Shown: positions 19,812 through 29,828 of the stretch, in pieces
How positions within the stretch are numbered: position 1 is the first letter of the stretch
Layout: each line of letters starts with the position of its first letter
Source of the DNA: Candidatus Beckwithbacteria bacterium CG10_big_fil_rev_8_21_14_0_10_34_10
GTDB taxonomy: Bacteria; Patescibacteriota; Microgenomatia; UBA1400
DNA length: 64,000 nt
NCBI GenBank assembly: GCA_002773945.1
Contig: PEZT01000001.1
Coordinates: forward strand, 1,131 to 65,130
Direction: 5' to 3'
Made by a program: the position numbers and the translations under genes
The notes under the pieces: generated by a model
Databases searched by the model: none
What the model was told of the DNA's origin: nothing
What the model saw: only the letters and a program-made list of their open reading frames with translations

Positions 19812-19887
19812 CGGTCGCGACCGGATTCGAACCGGCGATCTCGTCCTTGACAGGGACGCGTGTTAAACCAGGCTACACTACACGACC
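19812..19887 (-). tRNA. tRNA-Asp(GTC)
   Basis: Anticodon arm CGTCC-CTGTCAA-GGACG; T loop TTCGAAT. Confidence 0.95.
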
Positions 19888-19947
19888 AAAGTCAAGTAAA
19901 TATATCAAATAATTGAGGTAAAATCAATTAGATGATAAAATTAAACT

Positions 19948-21741
19948 ATGAAATTTAAGAAAAATTTAAGCAATCAGGAGCTGGCAGAAGGATTAAGATC
20001 AGTCGCTATGGCTTTAGAGATCCAAGGAGAGTCAGTTTTTAGAATAATAGCCTATAAGAAGGCGGCTTCAAGCATAGAGGACTTAAATCAAGACTTAAAA
20101 GAGATTTGGCAGAAAAAGGAGCTGGAAAACCTTCCGGGAATAGGAAAAAACATTGCTTCTCACTTAGATGAATACTTTAAAACCGGTGAGATAAAACATT
20201 TTAAAGAAGTTTTTAAAAATATTCCTGAATCAGTCTTCAAGTTAGCTAAAATTCCTGGGCTAGGACCTAAATTAGCCTTTAAATTAGCCAAAAACCTAAA
20301 GATAACAGACAAGAAAACAGTTTTAAAAAAGATAAAACAAGCGGCTTTAAGCCATAAAATAAGCCAATTCCCTGGCTTTGGGGTAAAAACCGAGCAAGAG
20401 ATTTTAATTGGTCTAGCTGAGATTAATAAGATGGAAAAACGCCTTTTATTACCAGAAGCAGAGAACATATCCAATAATTTAATTAATTATCTTAAAAAAT
20501 CAAAAGTAATTATTAAAGCTGATCCTTTAGGTAGTTTAAGAAGAAAAAAAGCAACTGTTAGAGATATTGATATAGCTATTTCTTCAAATAATCCCAAAGA
20601 AGTTATAAATTACTTTCTAAAATACCCAAATAAAAAGCGAATTGTTGAGTCAGGCGAGCATAAAGCCACAATCATCGTTACCCCAGATTATCAAGTTGAC
20701 TTAATGGTTGAAAAACCCGGAAGCTATGGTACTTTATTACAGCATTTTACAGGTTCTAAGGAACATAATATTCATTTAAGAGAAATTGCCATAAAAAATG
20801 GTTTAAGCCTGTCGGAACATGGCCTTAAAAAGGGGAAAAAGATAATAAAATTCAAATCAGAACAAGACTTGTACAAATACCTTAAAATGGAATATGTCCC
20901 GCCGGAAATAAGGGAGGATAGGGGAGAAATAGAAAAGTCTCTTCAAGGAAACTTACCCAAATTAGTCCAACTTTCAGATATAAAAGGTGATTTACACCTT
21001 CATAGTGACTTTAAAATTGAAACTAGCCATGATAATGGAGAGAACAGCATGAAAGAAATAAGAGACAAAGCCGCAGCATTAGGCTACCAATATATTGCTT
21101 TTTCAGAGCATAATCCAAGTATAAGCAATCATTCCAAAAAAGACATTATTAATATTATAAAAAGAAAAAAACAAATTATTGATAAACTAAATTACTCATT
21201 TAATAACGGCAAATTGAGTACAAAAAGTACTAAAGTGTTCATTTTTAACTCTTTAGAAATAGATATCAGACCAAATGGTTCATTATCTATCCCTGAAAAA
21301 GCTTTTAATTATCTTGATTTTGCGATTGTTTCAGTTCACTCAAGTTTTAGACTTAACAAAACAAAAATGACAAAGAGAGTTATATCTGGATTATCTCATC
21401 CAAAGATTAAAATCTTAGGCCACCCGACCGGAAGATTACTATTAAAGAGGCAGAGTTATCAACTGGATTGGGAAGTAATATTTGATTTTTGTTTAAACAA
21501 CAATAAATATTTAGAAATTAATGCTCATCCTAAGAGACTTGACTTATCAGACAGATTAATTAAAAAAGCTATTGATCTAGGTTTAAAATTATTTATAAAC
21601 AGCGATAGCCATGCAATTTCAGATATGAATAATATGAAATATGGAGTTTATAATGCCAGGCGAGGCTGGGCTAAAAAAGATGATATCCTAAATTGCATGA
21701 GCTATAATAATATAAAGAAATTATTAGTTTCCAAATCTTAA
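19948..21741 (+). CDS. polX: DNA polymerase X with PHP domain
   Basis: HhH LPGIG/IPGLGP, GSLRR..DID, HFTGSKEHN, GDLHLHS, HPTGR, NSDSH. Confidence 0.93.
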   Translation: MKFKKNLSNQELAEGLRSVAMALEIQGESVFRIIAYKKAASSIEDLNQDLKEIWQKKELENLPGIGKNIASHLDEYFKTGEIKHFKEVFKNIPESVFKLAKIPGLGPKLAFKLAKNLKITDKKTVLKKIKQAALSHKISQFPGFGVKTEQEILIGLAEINKMEKRLLLPEAENISNNLINYLKKSKVIIKADPLGSLRRKKATVRDIDIAISSNNPKEVINYFLKYPNKKRIVESGEHKATIIVTPDYQVDLMVEKPGSYGTLLQHFTGSKEHNIHLREIAIKNGLSLSEHGLKKGKKIIKFKSEQDLYKYLKMEYVPPEIREDRGEIEKSLQGNLPKLVQLSDIKGDLHLHSDFKIETSHDNGENSMKEIRDKAAALGYQYIAFSEHNPSISNHSKKDIINIIKRKKQIIDKLNYSFNNGKLSTKSTKVFIFNSLEIDIRPNGSLSIPEKAFNYLDFAIVSVHSSFRLNKTKMTKRVISGLSHPKIKILGHPTGRLLLKRQSYQLDWEVIFDFCLNNNKYLEINAHPKRLDLSDRLIKKAIDLGLKLFINSDSHAISDMNNMKYGVYNARRGWAKKDDILNCMSYNNIKKLLVSKS

Positions 21742-21763
21742 AAAAGGATTGGAGGTGAGAATA

Positions 21764-22357
21764 ATGAATATTTTAACTTTATTACTAGTTATAGCTGCTT
21801 TTATTGCCGTTTATATTTTTAATTTATATAACCGGTTTGTAACTATTAAAACCAGGATTAAAGCTTCAATTCAGGAGATTGGTAATCAACTTAAAAGACA
21901 AGCAGAATTAATTCCTAATTTAATTGCTTCGGTTAAAGGCTATATGAAGCACGAAAGCAAGATTTTTAAAGACTTGACTGAGGCTCGGAAAACTATTCTT
22001 TCCGCCGTCAAAGGAGGAAATACTCAAAAGATGGTTGATGCCGCTAGCGCGGTTTCTAAAAGTTTACCAGCCATTCAGGCGGTATTTGAAAGTACCCCTG
22101 AACTAAAAGCGTCTGGTCCAACCACCAAGCTGATGGATGAATTAAGAGACACTTCAGATAAAGTAATGTATAGCCGGAGAACCTTAATTGATTTAAGTGC
22201 TGATTATAATATTATGATTGTTAGGTTTCCCAGCAATTTAGTGGCTCAAATTTTCAAATTTAAAGAAGAAACTGGTTTAAAAATGCCAGTTGGAGCAGAG
22301 GAAAAAGCGACTAAAGTGGCAGCCGAAGACTTAAAAACACCAAAAGTCGATTTATAA
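21764..22357 (+). CDS. lemA: LemA family protein
   Basis: N-terminal TM, YN, QLKRQAELIPNL, YMKHE, PELKAS, FPSNLVA; GGAGGTG before ATG 21764. Confidence 0.9.
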   Translation: MNILTLLLVIAAFIAVYIFNLYNRFVTIKTRIKASIQEIGNQLKRQAELIPNLIASVKGYMKHESKIFKDLTEARKTILSAVKGGNTQKMVDAASAVSKSLPAIQAVFESTPELKASGPTTKLMDELRDTSDKVMYSRRTLIDLSADYNIMIVRFPSNLVAQIFKFKEETGLKMPVGAEEKATKVAAEDLKTPKVDL

Positions 22358-22381
22358 AAAATAAATAGTTAAGAAGTAATT

Positions 22382-23287
22382 ATGCTTAATGTCTTTGAAC
22401 AAATAGACCGCAATAAGCAGAAATCATTTTTAGTGATTGTTGGTTTTATTGCTTTTATTGGCTTAGCCACCTGGGTATTTTCTCAAGTTTTGGATTTTGG
22501 CCTTCAAGGTATTGGAGTGGCTTTAATATTTGCCGGCCTAATGAGTTTTTCATCATATTATTGGTCAGACAAAATTATTCTTTCTATTTCTGCAGCCAGG
22601 CCAGCTTCTAAGAGCAAAGATTTTCTTTTTTATACGGTCACCGAAAATTTAAGTTTAGCGGCCCAGATACCCATGCCAAGACTTTATATAATTAATGATA
22701 CGGCTTTAAATGCTTTTGCGACGGGAAGAGATCCTGACCACGCGGTTGTTTGTGCAACCAGCGGTTTATTGCAAAGTTTAAATAGGACTGAGTTAGAGGG
22801 AGTGATTGCCCATGAGTTGTCTCATGTTAAAAATTATGACATTAGATTAATGTCAATGGTCACAGTTTTAGTCGGATTATTAACTCTTTTAGCAGATTGG
22901 TTTTTAAGGGGTTCCAGAATTATGGGAAAAGGAAGGAAAAAGGAAAACGGTCAAATCCAGGGGATCCTTTTTGTGGCGGCCATAATTTTAGCTCTATTAT
23001 CTCCTTTAATTGCAAATTTAATTAAGTTATTGATTTCTAGAAGGAGAGAGTTTTTAGCTGATGCTGGTTCAGCTTTAATAACTAGACAACCTCAGGGTTT
23101 AATGTCTGCTTTAGAAAAAATATCTAAAGATAAAGAACCCTTGGAAGCGGCTAATAAAGCCACCGCCCATTTATATATCTCAAATCCTTTAAAAAATCTT
23201 CATCAAGGAGTGGGCTGGTTTGTCGGTCTTTTTAATACCCACCCGCCGATTGAATTAAGAATTAAGGCTTTAAAAGAAATGCTTTAA
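22382..23287 (+). CDS. htpX: HtpX/M48 zinc metalloprotease
   Basis: NAFATG, AHELSH, SRRREFLAD, FNTHPP. Confidence 0.93.
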   Translation: MLNVFEQIDRNKQKSFLVIVGFIAFIGLATWVFSQVLDFGLQGIGVALIFAGLMSFSSYYWSDKIILSISAARPASKSKDFLFYTVTENLSLAAQIPMPRLYIINDTALNAFATGRDPDHAVVCATSGLLQSLNRTELEGVIAHELSHVKNYDIRLMSMVTVLVGLLTLLADWFLRGSRIMGKGRKKENGQIQGILFVAAIILALLSPLIANLIKLLISRRREFLADAGSALITRQPQGLMSALEKISKDKEPLEAANKATAHLYISNPLKNLHQGVGWFVGLFNTHPPIELRIKALKEML

Positions 23288-23335
23288 TTTTAAAAAAAGA
23301 GTTGAAAAATATTTTTAAAAAAGAGACAATTCATT

Positions 23336-23644
23336 TTGAAAATGAAAAAATCCAATAAAAAGATCTTAAGTGAAAAGCAAGTCCTTCATATAGCAAAATT
23401 AGCTAACCTTGAATTAACTTCTAAAGAGGTTTTAAAATTTCAAAGCCAACTTTCAGAAATCTTAAACTATATTAAAGTTCTAAAAAGGGTTGAGACAAAT
23501 AATATTAAACCAACATCACAGGTAACAGGTTTGAAAAACGTTTTTAGAGAAGATAAAATAATCTCCTCGTTAACCCAAAAATACGCCTTAGAAAATAGTA
23601 AAAAGAAAACAAAAGACTATTTTAAAGTTAAAGCCATATTTTAA
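23336..23644 (+). CDS. gatC: Asp/Glu-tRNA amidotransferase subunit C
   Basis: VLHIAKLANL, NVFRED, YFKVKAI; precedes gatA. Confidence 0.92.
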   Translation: MKMKKSNKKILSEKQVLHIAKLANLELTSKEVLKFQSQLSEILNYIKVLKRVETNNIKPTSQVTGLKNVFREDKIISSLTQKYALENSKKKTKDYFKVKAIF

Positions 23645-23652
23645 GAAAAAAA

Positions 23653-25074
23653 ATGCTAAATCAATTAACCATTATTCAAGCTTTAAAAGGTCTTCAAGAA
23701 AAAAAGTTTTCTAGCCAGGAATTGGTAAAAGACTGCTTAAAAAACATAGATAGGGTGGACAAAAAAATAGGGGCTTTTATAACTGTTTCTAGATCTAAAT
23801 CGCTAGAAAAAGCAAAGAAAGTTGATAATTTAATTAAGACGAATCCCTCAATATTTAAAGAAAAACCACTGTTGGGAATTCCCATGGCTCTTAAAGATAT
23901 TTATTCAACTAAAGGAATAAAGACCACCGCTGGAAGTAAAGTATTAGCTGACTATATTCCTCCCTATGATGCGACTGTAGTTAAGCGTTTAAAAAAAGCC
24001 GGCGCTATAATTATTGGAAAAACAAATCTAGATGCCTGGGCTCATGGATCATCCGGTGAAAACTCGGATTTTTTCCCGACTCACAATCCGTGGAACTTAA
24101 AAAAGGTACCAGGCGGTTCTTCATCTGGTTCAGCGGCCGCATTAAGTAGCAGTCAATGTTTAATGAGTATGGGAACTGATACTGGCGGTTCAATTAGGCA
24201 ACCAGCTAGTTTTTGTAATTTAGTGGGTTTAAAGCCTACCTATGGCAGAGTTAGCCGCTATGGCATCATTAGTATGGCTTCATCTTTAGATTCAATTGGC
24301 CATTTTACTAAAACAGTGGCAGATTCAGCTTTTGTTTTACAAATAACGGCTGGTCAAGATAGTCTTGATGCGACTACTCCCAATGTAACAGTCCCTAATT
24401 ATTCTAATAAACTAACAAAACCCAATAAAGAGCTAAAAATTGGTTTACCAAAAGAATATTTTAGTGAGGGAGTAGACTCTCAAATGAGAAAGACGGTAGA
24501 AATAGCGGCTGGTCTTTTAGAGGCTCAAGGACACGAGATTATAAATGTTAGTTTAAAAACAACTAAATATGCTTGTCCGGCTTATTATATTATTCAGCCG
24601 GCTGAACTTTCTTCTAATTTAGCCAGATTTGACGGTATTCGCTATGGAAATTCCAGAAGCTTTTTTGGTGATGAAGCTAAAAGAAGAATTATGTTGGGAA
24701 CATATACTTTATCTTCCGGTTATTACGAAGCTTATTACTTAAAAGCAATGAAACTGAGATCTTTAATAATTAGCGATTTTAAAAAAGTTTTTAAAGAGGT
24801 GGATTTGCTTTTAGCGCCGGTATCACCTTTTCCGCCTTTTAATTTAGGCGAAAAAGTTAATGATCCTTTAAAAATGTACTTGTCGGATGTTCTAACAATT
24901 TCTGTTAATTTAGCCGGCCTGCCAGCCATGAGTTTACCCTGTGGTTTTACAAATGATAACTTACCTATTGGAATGCAGTTTATTGCCCTTCAATTTAAAG
25001 AGGAGGTCCTATTTAATGTTGGCCATCAATATCAGCAATTAACCGATTGGCACAAAAAAAGACCTAATATTTAA
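23653..25074 (+). CDS. gatA: Asp/Glu-tRNA amidotransferase subunit A
   Basis: PGGSSSGSA, GTDTGGSIRQPA, SSNLARFDG, RRIMLGT. Confidence 0.96.
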   Translation: MLNQLTIIQALKGLQEKKFSSQELVKDCLKNIDRVDKKIGAFITVSRSKSLEKAKKVDNLIKTNPSIFKEKPLLGIPMALKDIYSTKGIKTTAGSKVLADYIPPYDATVVKRLKKAGAIIIGKTNLDAWAHGSSGENSDFFPTHNPWNLKKVPGGSSSGSAAALSSSQCLMSMGTDTGGSIRQPASFCNLVGLKPTYGRVSRYGIISMASSLDSIGHFTKTVADSAFVLQITAGQDSLDATTPNVTVPNYSNKLTKPNKELKIGLPKEYFSEGVDSQMRKTVEIAAGLLEAQGHEIINVSLKTTKYACPAYYIIQPAELSSNLARFDGIRYGNSRSFFGDEAKRRIMLGTYTLSSGYYEAYYLKAMKLRSLIISDFKKVFKEVDLLLAPVSPFPPFNLGEKVNDPLKMYLSDVLTISVNLAGLPAMSLPCGFTNDNLPIGMQFIALQFKEEVLFNVGHQYQQLTDWHKKRPNI

Positions 25075-26400
25075 ATGAAAACAGATCCAAAATATAAAAC
25101 AGTAATTGGAATGGAAGTTCACCTTGAACTAAAAACAAAATCTAAGATGTTTTGTGGTTGTTCGGCTTATCATTTCCAAATTAAACCAAATACTCATACT
25201 TGCCCAGTTTGCTTAGGTCTGCCAGGTGCTTTGCCGGTTCCCAATAAGAAAGCAATTGATTGGTGTATTTTAATTGGGTTAGCCTTAAAGTGTCAGCCAG
25301 CTTTTGAATCAAAATTTGACCGGAAAAACTATTTTTACCCCGACCTATCTAAAGGTTATCAAATATCCCAGTATGATCTTCCTTTTTGCCAAAAGGGATT
25401 TTTGGAAGTTGAAAATAAAAAAATAAGGATTAACCGAGTCCATATGGAGGAAGATACGGGGAAATTAATTCATAAGAAAATTGATGGCAGAGCGGTTAGT
25501 TTAGTTGATTTTAACCGCTCTGGTGTCCCTTTAGTGGAAATTGTAACTGAGGCAGATATTTATTCATCCAAAGAAGCAATAGAATATCTTAAAAAAATCC
25601 AGCAGATTGTTAGATCTTTAGAAGTTTCAGATTGTGATATGGAAAAGGGAAGCATGCGCTGTGAAGCAAATATTTCCCTAACTAATAACAATAAAATGGC
25701 TAACTATAAAGTCGAGTTAAAAAACATTAACTCCTTTAAGTTTTTAAAAAAAGGAATTGAGTATGAAATTAAAAGACAAAAGGAGATTTTAATATCCAAA
25801 AAAAACCCGATCCAGGAAACAAGAGGTTTTAATGAAAAAACAGGCAAGACTTTTTCTCAAAGAAGCAAAGAAGAAGCTCATGACTATCGATATTTTCCTG
25901 AACCAGACATTCCCCCAATAGATATATCTAAAAATCAGTTAGAACAAATAAAAAAAGAATTAAAAGAATTACCTGATGAAAAGTTTATTCGTTTTACAGT
26001 TGAATTGGGTTTAAAAGAAAGAGATGTTCAAGTGGTCCTTAAAAACAATAAAACCACCCAGTACATAGAAAGTTTAAGCCAACTTGCTTCGAAAGATGAA
26101 CTAAAGGAGCTTTTAAAAATAGTGGTTAATAAGAGAGTGGATATAAGAAAAGTTAGCCCTAAAAAGTTAGTTGAAAATTTCAGAAATAAAAAGACAGCTA
26201 AACTAATTGGAAAGGATTTACTTTTAAAAATTATTATAAAAGTAATAAAAGATAATGAAAAGGCAGTTAAAGACTATAAAAAAGGTAAACTGGAAGTAAT
26301 TGGGTATTTAATTGGCAAAGTAATAGCCGAATCAAAAGGTAAAAGTGATCCTCAATTAGTAAAAAAGATGATGGTTGAAAAGCTTAAGAATGGCATTTAA
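25075..26400 (+). CDS. gatB: Asp/Glu-tRNA amidotransferase subunit B
   Basis: IGMEVH, FDRKNYFYPDL, HMEEDTGK, DYRYFPEPD. Confidence 0.96.
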   Translation: MKTDPKYKTVIGMEVHLELKTKSKMFCGCSAYHFQIKPNTHTCPVCLGLPGALPVPNKKAIDWCILIGLALKCQPAFESKFDRKNYFYPDLSKGYQISQYDLPFCQKGFLEVENKKIRINRVHMEEDTGKLIHKKIDGRAVSLVDFNRSGVPLVEIVTEADIYSSKEAIEYLKKIQQIVRSLEVSDCDMEKGSMRCEANISLTNNNKMANYKVELKNINSFKFLKKGIEYEIKRQKEILISKKNPIQETRGFNEKTGKTFSQRSKEEAHDYRYFPEPDIPPIDISKNQLEQIKKELKELPDEKFIRFTVELGLKERDVQVVLKNNKTTQYIESLSQLASKDELKELLKIVVNKRVDIRKVSPKKLVENFRNKKTAKLIGKDLLLKIIIKVIKDNEKAVKDYKKGKLEVIGYLIGKVIAESKGKSDPQLVKKMMVEKLKNGI

Positions 26401-26409
26401 TATTAAATA

Positions 26410-29400
26410 ATGATTGATTTTGTTCATCTTCATACTCACACAGAATATTCTCTTTTAGATGGTCTGTCTAAAATAAGTGAATTAGTTACCCGGGCTAAAG
26501 AATACAAAATGAAGGCTTGCGCTATTACAGATCATGGAGTGATGTATGGAGTAATTCCTTTTTATATTGAATGTTTAAAACAAGGAATAAAACCAATAAT
26601 TGGCTGTGAAATCTATATGGCTCATCGCTCTCGACATGATAAACAAGCTAAGATTGATGCTGATCAATATCATCTTATTTTATTGGCAAAAGACTTTAAA
26701 GGCTACCAGAATTTAATGAAATTACTGACTAAAGCTCACTTAGAAGGATTTTATTATCGACCTCGAGCAGATTTTGAGCTTTTAGAAGAATATCATCAAG
26801 GCTTAATTTGCACCTCGGCTTGTATTGAGGGAGAAATTCCTCATTTATTTCTCAATAATAAAGATGAAGAAGCAGAAAAGGTCGCTAAAAAACTTCTAAA
26901 AATATTTGGAGATGATTTTTATCTTGAAATTCAATCTCACGAAAAAATAGCTAAACAAGAAATAGCCAATAAAAAGATAATTGCTCTTTCTAAAAAGTTA
27001 GGAATCCCTTTAGTAGCTACCAATGATGTTCACTATGTTGATAAGGATGATGCTGAGGCTCAAGATGCGCTTCTGGCTGTCCAAACAAAAAAAGTGATTA
27101 CTGACAAAAACAGATTAACAATGTTAAACTCACCTGATTTTTATTTTAAAAGTCCTAAAGAAATGAAAGCTCTTTTTATTGAGCAACCAGAAGCAATCAA
27201 AAACACTGTTAAAGTAGCTTTAAAATGCAACTTAAAAATACCGATTGGTGACTGGGTTTTGCCTCGATATCCTCTTCCAAAAGGAAAAACTGCCGAAGTT
27301 CTTTTAGAGGAAATGGTTAAAAAAAAGCTAGGTTATCGTTTTCCAAAACCCACCTCCGAGATAAAAAAAAGATTAAAGTACGAATTAGATGTAATCTGCA
27401 CCAAGGGTTTTGCCACTTATTTTCTTATTGTTCAAGACTTTGTTATTTGGGCTAAGAGTCAGAATATTAGAGTGGGTCCAGGCAGAGGTAGTGCGGCTGG
27501 ATCCCTTGTTTCTTATATTTTAAGAATTACTTCAATTAATCCTTTGGAACATAAGATTCCTTTTGAAAGATTTTTAAGTCCAGATCGCCCTACTCCTCCA
27601 GATATAGATCTTGATTTTGCTGATGACAGGAGAGATGAAGTGATTGAATATGTCACTAACAAATACGGGAAAGATAAAGTAGCCCAAATAATTACTTTTG
27701 GCACTATGGAAGCCAGGGGTTCAATTAGAGATATTGGTCGAGTTTTGGATATGCCTTATTCAGAGCCAGACCAAATAGCCAAGCTAATTCCAGTTGGTCA
27801 TTCAATTGAAGAGGCTTTAGTATCAGTTTTCGAACTTCAAGAACTATATAAAGAAGAAAAATACAAAAAGCTAATAAATTTAGCTAAAAAAGTCGAAGGC
27901 TGTTCACGACACGCTTCAACCCATGCAGCTGGAGTAGTAATTGCTGATAAAGACTTAACTGATTATGTTCCTTTGCAAAAAGAATCCCGAGGAGAAAGAA
28001 TTGTGACGCAGTATGATATGTATTCCTTAGATTTAAATGTCTCTGAAGAAGCAATTGGTCTTTTGAAAATGGACTTTTTAGGTTTAAGAAACTTATCTAT
28101 TTTGCAAAAATCAATTGAATTAGTGGAAGAAAATATTGGTACAAAAGTTGATGTTTCAGAATTGCCTTTGGATGATCCTAAGGTCTATGAACTTATATGC
28201 CGCGGAGAAACAATTGGTGTCTTTCAATTAGAATCCTCAGGTATGAGAAGAGTGGCAAAAAATCTAAAACCAACTGTTTTTTCCGATATTACTGCCATGG
28301 TCGCTTTGTATCGACCGGGACCAATGGAACTTATTCCTGAATTTATTCGAGGGAAGGAAAACCTAAATAGAGTTAAGTATCCCCATGAAGATCTCAAGGA
28401 TATTTTAGAAGAAACATATGGAATTGCCTTATATCAAGAGCAATGTCTTCAAATTGCTAATTTAATGGCCGGTTTTACAATGACCGAAGCAGATAATTTA
28501 AGAAGAGCGATCGGAAAAAAGAAAAGATCCATTATGGTAAAAGAAAAAGTGAAATTTATTAAAGGCGCTAATAAAAAGAAATACTCCAAAGAGATAGCGG
28601 AAAAAGTTTGGAGCTATATTGAGAGATTTGCCGGTTATGGTTTTAACAAAGCTCATTCAGTCTCTTATGCCATGATTGCTTATCAAACTGCCTATATGAA
28701 AGCTCACTATCCGGTTGAATTTATGACGGCTTTATTAACCGCTGATTCAGTGTCTTCATCAGGTCCTATTAAAGACGAAAAAATATCCCGGGGGATAGGC
28801 GAAGCTAAAAGAATGAATATATATATTCGACCGCCGGATATAAATTTGTCAAAAACCTGGTTTAGTATTGAAAAAGACCCCCATTCTTTAGAAGGAAAGT
28901 CGATTCGTTTTGGTTTAGCGGCCGTTAAGAATGTAGGCGAGGCGGCCATTAATGCTATTCTTGTCAGTCGTAAAGAAAAAGGCAATTTTACTTCCCTGGC
29001 TGATTTTTGCAGTCGGGTTGAAGGCCAAAAAGCCAATAAGAAAGTTATAGAAAGTTTAATTCAAGTAGGGGCTTTTGATGCCTTTGGGAAAAGAGCTCCA
29101 ATGCTTTCTGCTCTTGAAAAAATTAGACAAAAAGCAGTTCAAGAACAAAAAAGACAGTCTAATGGTCAAACATCTCTCTTTGGATCTGAAAGCCCAGCTA
29201 AAAACAACCCTGGCTTTAAGGATGATTTGCCGGAAATTGATGAGTTTGATAGTTCTGATCTTCTAAGCCTGGAAAAAAAACTATTAGGTATTTATTTAAC
29301 GGATAATCCCTTAACAAAAGTATTAGCTAGGATAGAAAAAGAAACTAGTCATCGTCTTTTTGAGCTTGATGCTCATGAACTTAAGGATAGAAGAGTGAAG

Positions 29401-29643
29401 GTGGGGGGCAAAATCGAAAGAGTAAAGAAAGTTTTTACCAAGAAAGGGAATAACGAAATGGCCTTTTTAACCCTTAATGATCAAACAGCCAGTCTAGATT
29501 TAGTAGTTTTTCCTAAACTGTTCAACAGTTTAAAAACGATTATTATTGAGGAAAAAATTGTTATTGTTGAAGGCAGAATAGATTATAGAGAAGATAGAAT
29601 GTCGTTAATAGTGGAGAAGCTTAGAGAAGTAAAAGAAAACTAA
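26410..29643 (+). CDS. dnaE: DNA polymerase III alpha subunit
   Basis: HLHTHTEYSLLDG, GRGSAAGS, PDIDLDF, KMDFLGL, YGFNKAHS, OB fold. Confidence 0.97.
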   Translation: MIDFVHLHTHTEYSLLDGLSKISELVTRAKEYKMKACAITDHGVMYGVIPFYIECLKQGIKPIIGCEIYMAHRSRHDKQAKIDADQYHLILLAKDFKGYQNLMKLLTKAHLEGFYYRPRADFELLEEYHQGLICTSACIEGEIPHLFLNNKDEEAEKVAKKLLKIFGDDFYLEIQSHEKIAKQEIANKKIIALSKKLGIPLVATNDVHYVDKDDAEAQDALLAVQTKKVITDKNRLTMLNSPDFYFKSPKEMKALFIEQPEAIKNTVKVALKCNLKIPIGDWVLPRYPLPKGKTAEVLLEEMVKKKLGYRFPKPTSEIKKRLKYELDVICTKGFATYFLIVQDFVIWAKSQNIRVGPGRGSAAGSLVSYILRITSINPLEHKIPFERFLSPDRPTPPDIDLDFADDRRDEVIEYVTNKYGKDKVAQIITFGTMEARGSIRDIGRVLDMPYSEPDQIAKLIPVGHSIEEALVSVFELQELYKEEKYKKLINLAKKVEGCSRHASTHAAGVVIADKDLTDYVPLQKESRGERIVTQYDMYSLDLNVSEEAIGLLKMDFLGLRNLSILQKSIELVEENIGTKVDVSELPLDDPKVYELICRGETIGVFQLESSGMRRVAKNLKPTVFSDITAMVALYRPGPMELIPEFIRGKENLNRVKYPHEDLKDILEETYGIALYQEQCLQIANLMAGFTMTEADNLRRAIGKKKRSIMVKEKVKFIKGANKKKYSKEIAEKVWSYIERFAGYGFNKAHSVSYAMIAYQTAYMKAHYPVEFMTALLTADSVSSSGPIKDEKISRGIGEAKRMNIYIRPPDINLSKTWFSIEKDPHSLEGKSIRFGLAAVKNVGEAAINAILVSRKEKGNFTSLADFCSRVEGQKANKKVIESLIQVGAFDAFGKRAPMLSALEKIRQKAVQEQKRQSNGQTSLFGSESPAKNNPGFKDDLPEIDEFDSSDLLSLEKKLLGIYLTDNPLTKVLARIEKETSHRLFELDAHELKDRRVKVGGKIERVKKVFTKKGNNEMAFLTLNDQTASLDLVVFPKLFNSLKTIIIEEKIVIVEGRIDYREDRMSLIVEKLREVKEN

Positions 29644-29652
29644 TTTTAGTTC

Positions 29653-29682
29653 TTGACAGTTCATTTCAAAAAATAGTAAGCT
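29653..29682 (+). promoter_or_regulatory. Sigma70-type promoter of the pyr operon
   Basis: TTGACA-18bp-TAAGCT. Confidence 0.55.
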
Positions 29683-29690
29683 TTTTTTTG

Positions 29691-29801
29691 GAACCAGAAT
29701 ACGACTGGTTTTTTTAAAGGAAAAAATGGGAAAAACGAAAGAAATTCAATTAAACATAAATTTTAAGAAGTAAAAAAGCCGCTACCAGCGGCTCATTTTT
29801 T
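29691..29801 (+). terminator. pyr leader: two terminator-like hairpins around a 15-codon uORF (29726-29773)
   Basis: AACCAG-aatacga-CTGGTT+T run; AGCCGCT-acc-AGCGGCT-ca-T6; uORF MGKTKEIQLNINFKK. Confidence 0.5.
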
Positions 29802-29828
29802 ATTAAAGATAAAGGAAAAGATTAAAAA

